Assembly: GCA_027459745.1 (NCBI GenBank)
Contig: DAIDHL010000007.1
Coordinates: 1 to 57,382, forward strand
Direction: 5' to 3'
DNA: 57,382 bases
Source: Candidatus Levyibacteriota bacterium
GTDB lineage: Bacteria > Patescibacteriota > Microgenomatia > Levybacterales > UBA12049
The notes beneath the pieces were generated by a model. The model was not told the origin of the DNA and did no database searches. It worked only from the letters and a program-made list of their open reading frames with translations. Below, piece by piece: positions 55,830 through 57,382 of this stretch. Each line of letters starts with the position of its first letter. Within the stretch, counting starts at the first letter, position 1. Position numbers and translations under genes: made by a program.

Positions 55830-57382
55830 ATGAAACTGCTCAAAAAAGGTTTTGTGAAAAGCCAATTAATTAATTGGGGAATTTTCTGCACACTTTTCTT
55901 AATCATAACTACGTTTTTATCCTTTCCTAACAATGCAAACGCTACGGCAGGTATAAATCAGCAAATAAATTTCCAAGGAAAATTGGTAAATCCTGACGGA
56001 ACAAACGTGACCGATAGTAGTTATTCAATTACTTTCACTTTGTACAACGCAGCTACCGGGGGGACATCGCTAGGTACAGAGACGGATAGCGTTACCACCA
56101 GCAATGGTATTTTTCAGGTAACTTTTTCTTCCATGCTCTCGGGGGTAAATTTTAATCAATACCCAATTTATTTGGGTATCAAAGTCGGGAGTGATGCGGA
56201 GATGACTCCGCGTGTGTTGTTTACCGCTGTGCCATATGCTTTTGAAGCTCAACAAGTGAATGGTTTAACCGTAACGGATAACGGTGGGAACACTCTTAAC
56301 ATCGCAGCCAGTAAAACCTTTACGGTCAATAACTCTTTGACTTTAAGTGGTACTGATAGTACTTCTTTTAGCTTTCCTTCTACTACTGGCGGAGTAGTCG
56401 TGACCAGTAACGCTCCAACACAAACTGTAGGTGGAACTTTGACTTTCTCTGGATACACTAGCGCAAACGGTGGCTTATTATATGCAAATACATCGGGATT
56501 GGTGTCGGAGACGTCTGCAGGGACGACCAATGCTTGTTTGTTATCCAATGGGTCGGGAGGGTTTAGCTGGGGTAGTTGTACATTAGGAGGGGGAACAAAT
56601 CTTTGGCAACTCAATAGCAACGCAATCTCGCCTGGAAATAGCACTTACGATTTACTTTTAGGAGCTACTAGCACGTCAAGTGCTAAATTTGCTTTTAATA
56701 ACACTCTGGGTGATTTCACACAAAATAGTTCCGATATCACTGGGACAGCTTTTGCTATCAATGCCAATGGGATTACCACGGGAACTGCTGCCAATATTTC
56801 AGCTAATGGTTTAACCACCGGGAATGGACTCTTACTCGGATCAACCAGTACAGGCTTAACCACAGGGAACTTACTTGATGTCAACTTCACAGGTAATTCA
56901 GCCTTTACGGGACAAGTAGGAAGTATAGCATGGAATCCCACCAGTGCCACCACTGCCACGGGAGACCTTCTTGATTTGAACGTAGGAGCGAATGGAACAC
57001 TGAATAATATTTTCAATGTACAGAATGCTGGATCATCAGTCTTCTCAGTAAGTCAATCTCAGATCACTGCTAATCTTCCAGTGCAATTCACTTCAGCCGG
57101 TAACACCAGTTTTGCGTATGATATTAACTTTACCAACCCAACCAGTTCCAATATTACCTCGGCTGCACCTCTAGCTATCTATGCTGGAGAAACATTTAAC
57201 TCAAGTAATCTTACTCTAGGTACTTACAACACAGGCAGTGTCGTCATAGATTCCCAAGCCTTAACAGTAAATAACGCTGCCAGCATCTCAGGTCAACTGT
57301 CGGTAGGAACCACTAGTCAGGATGCAGCCAACACAGGGAATTTTTACTTAACCAATTCTTCTACCTTTGGTAAAGCTTTAGC
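55830..57382 (+). CDS. Third giant fibre protein, 5' partial (more than 517 aa, runs off the window end)
   Basis: Hand translation from ATG 55830 gives MKLLKKGFVKSQLINWGIFCTLFLIITTFLSFPNNANATAGINQQINFQGKLVNPDGTNV... with no stop up to 57382. It contains CLLSNGSGGFSWGSC and DLLLGATSTSSAKFAF blocks like the 3220-aa protein. It is absent from the ORF track because it has no stop. The minus-strand ORFs at 56249-57016 are its antisense. Confidence 0.85.
   Translation, partial: MKLLKKGFVKSQLINWGIFCTLFLIITTFLSFPNNANATAGINQQINFQGKLVNPDGTNVTDSSYSITFTLYNAATGGTSLGTETDSVTTSNGIFQVTFSSMLSGVNFNQYPIYLGIKVGSDAEMTPRVLFTAVPYAFEAQQVNGLTVTDNGGNTLNIAASKTFTVNNSLTLSGTDSTSFSFPSTTGGVVVTSNAPTQTVGGTLTFSGYTSANGGLLYANTSGLVSETSAGTTNACLLSNGSGGFSWGSCTLGGGTNLWQLNSNAISPGNSTYDLLLGATSTSSAKFAFNNTLGDFTQNSSDITGTAFAINANGITTGTAANISANGLTTGNGLLLGSTSTGLTTGNLLDVNFTGNSAFTGQVGSIAWNPTSATTATGDLLDLNVGANGTLNNIFNVQNAGSSVFSVSQSQITANLPVQFTSAGNTSFAYDINFTNPTSSNITSAAPLAIYAGETFNSSNLTLGTYNTGSVVIDSQALTVNNAASISGQLSVGTTSQDAANTGNFYLTNSSTFGKAL

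Noticed and set aside
56070-57016. Minus-strand ORFs 56070..56255, 56249..56644 and 56645..57016
   Set aside because: They are antisense to the partial + strand fibre gene, which shares conserved modules with the 3220-aa protein. The + frame is the real one.

Overview
AT-rich bacterial chromosomal window read with the standard code (TGA, TAA and TAG all act as stops). By inference it comes from an uncultivated small-genome Patescibacteria/CPR-type organism. Housekeeping genes are present: leuS, argS, ndk, mreB, comEA/comEC, an M16 peptidase, a histidine kinase/response regulator pair, a sortase, 4 tRNAs, an envelope glycosyltransferase cluster and an atpFHAGDC-type ATP synthase operon. Interleaved with them are three giant Ser/Thr/Asn/Gly-rich fibre proteins: 1483 aa, 3220 aa, and a partial of more than 517 aa at the 3' edge that the ORF track omits. 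The main points of interest follow. (1) Both complete giant proteins begin with a predicted cytoplasmic DNA-binding-type module, followed by a hydrophobic segment and a huge extracellular fibre. One has two tandem recombinase core-binding (SAM-like) domains with no catalytic domain. The other has an excisionase/MerR-type HTH, with a soluble paralog encoded just after atpC. (2) Each giant gene lies next to paralogous sets of secreted beta-sandwich proteins and TM-anchored proteins. Their sequence patterns resemble the WxL / DUF916-DUF3324 (Csc) surface loci of Firmicutes. (3) The atp operon has no subunit a. In the atpE position it carries a fusion of signal peptide, fibre-type extracellular module and a c-subunit-like hairpin that apparently lacks the ion-binding carboxylate. 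(4) Short dispersed repeats (GAATTAA heptamer arrays, a 25-nt hairpin, a ~100-bp palindromic REP/MITE-like unit) sit in frame inside leuS and argS. (5) Many first genes have a TATAAT-like box 6-10 nt upstream of the ATG and no Shine-Dalgarno, suggesting leaderless mRNAs. No CRISPR array, rRNA, transposase or complete prophage was seen. All homology statements come from reading motifs by eye, not from searches.
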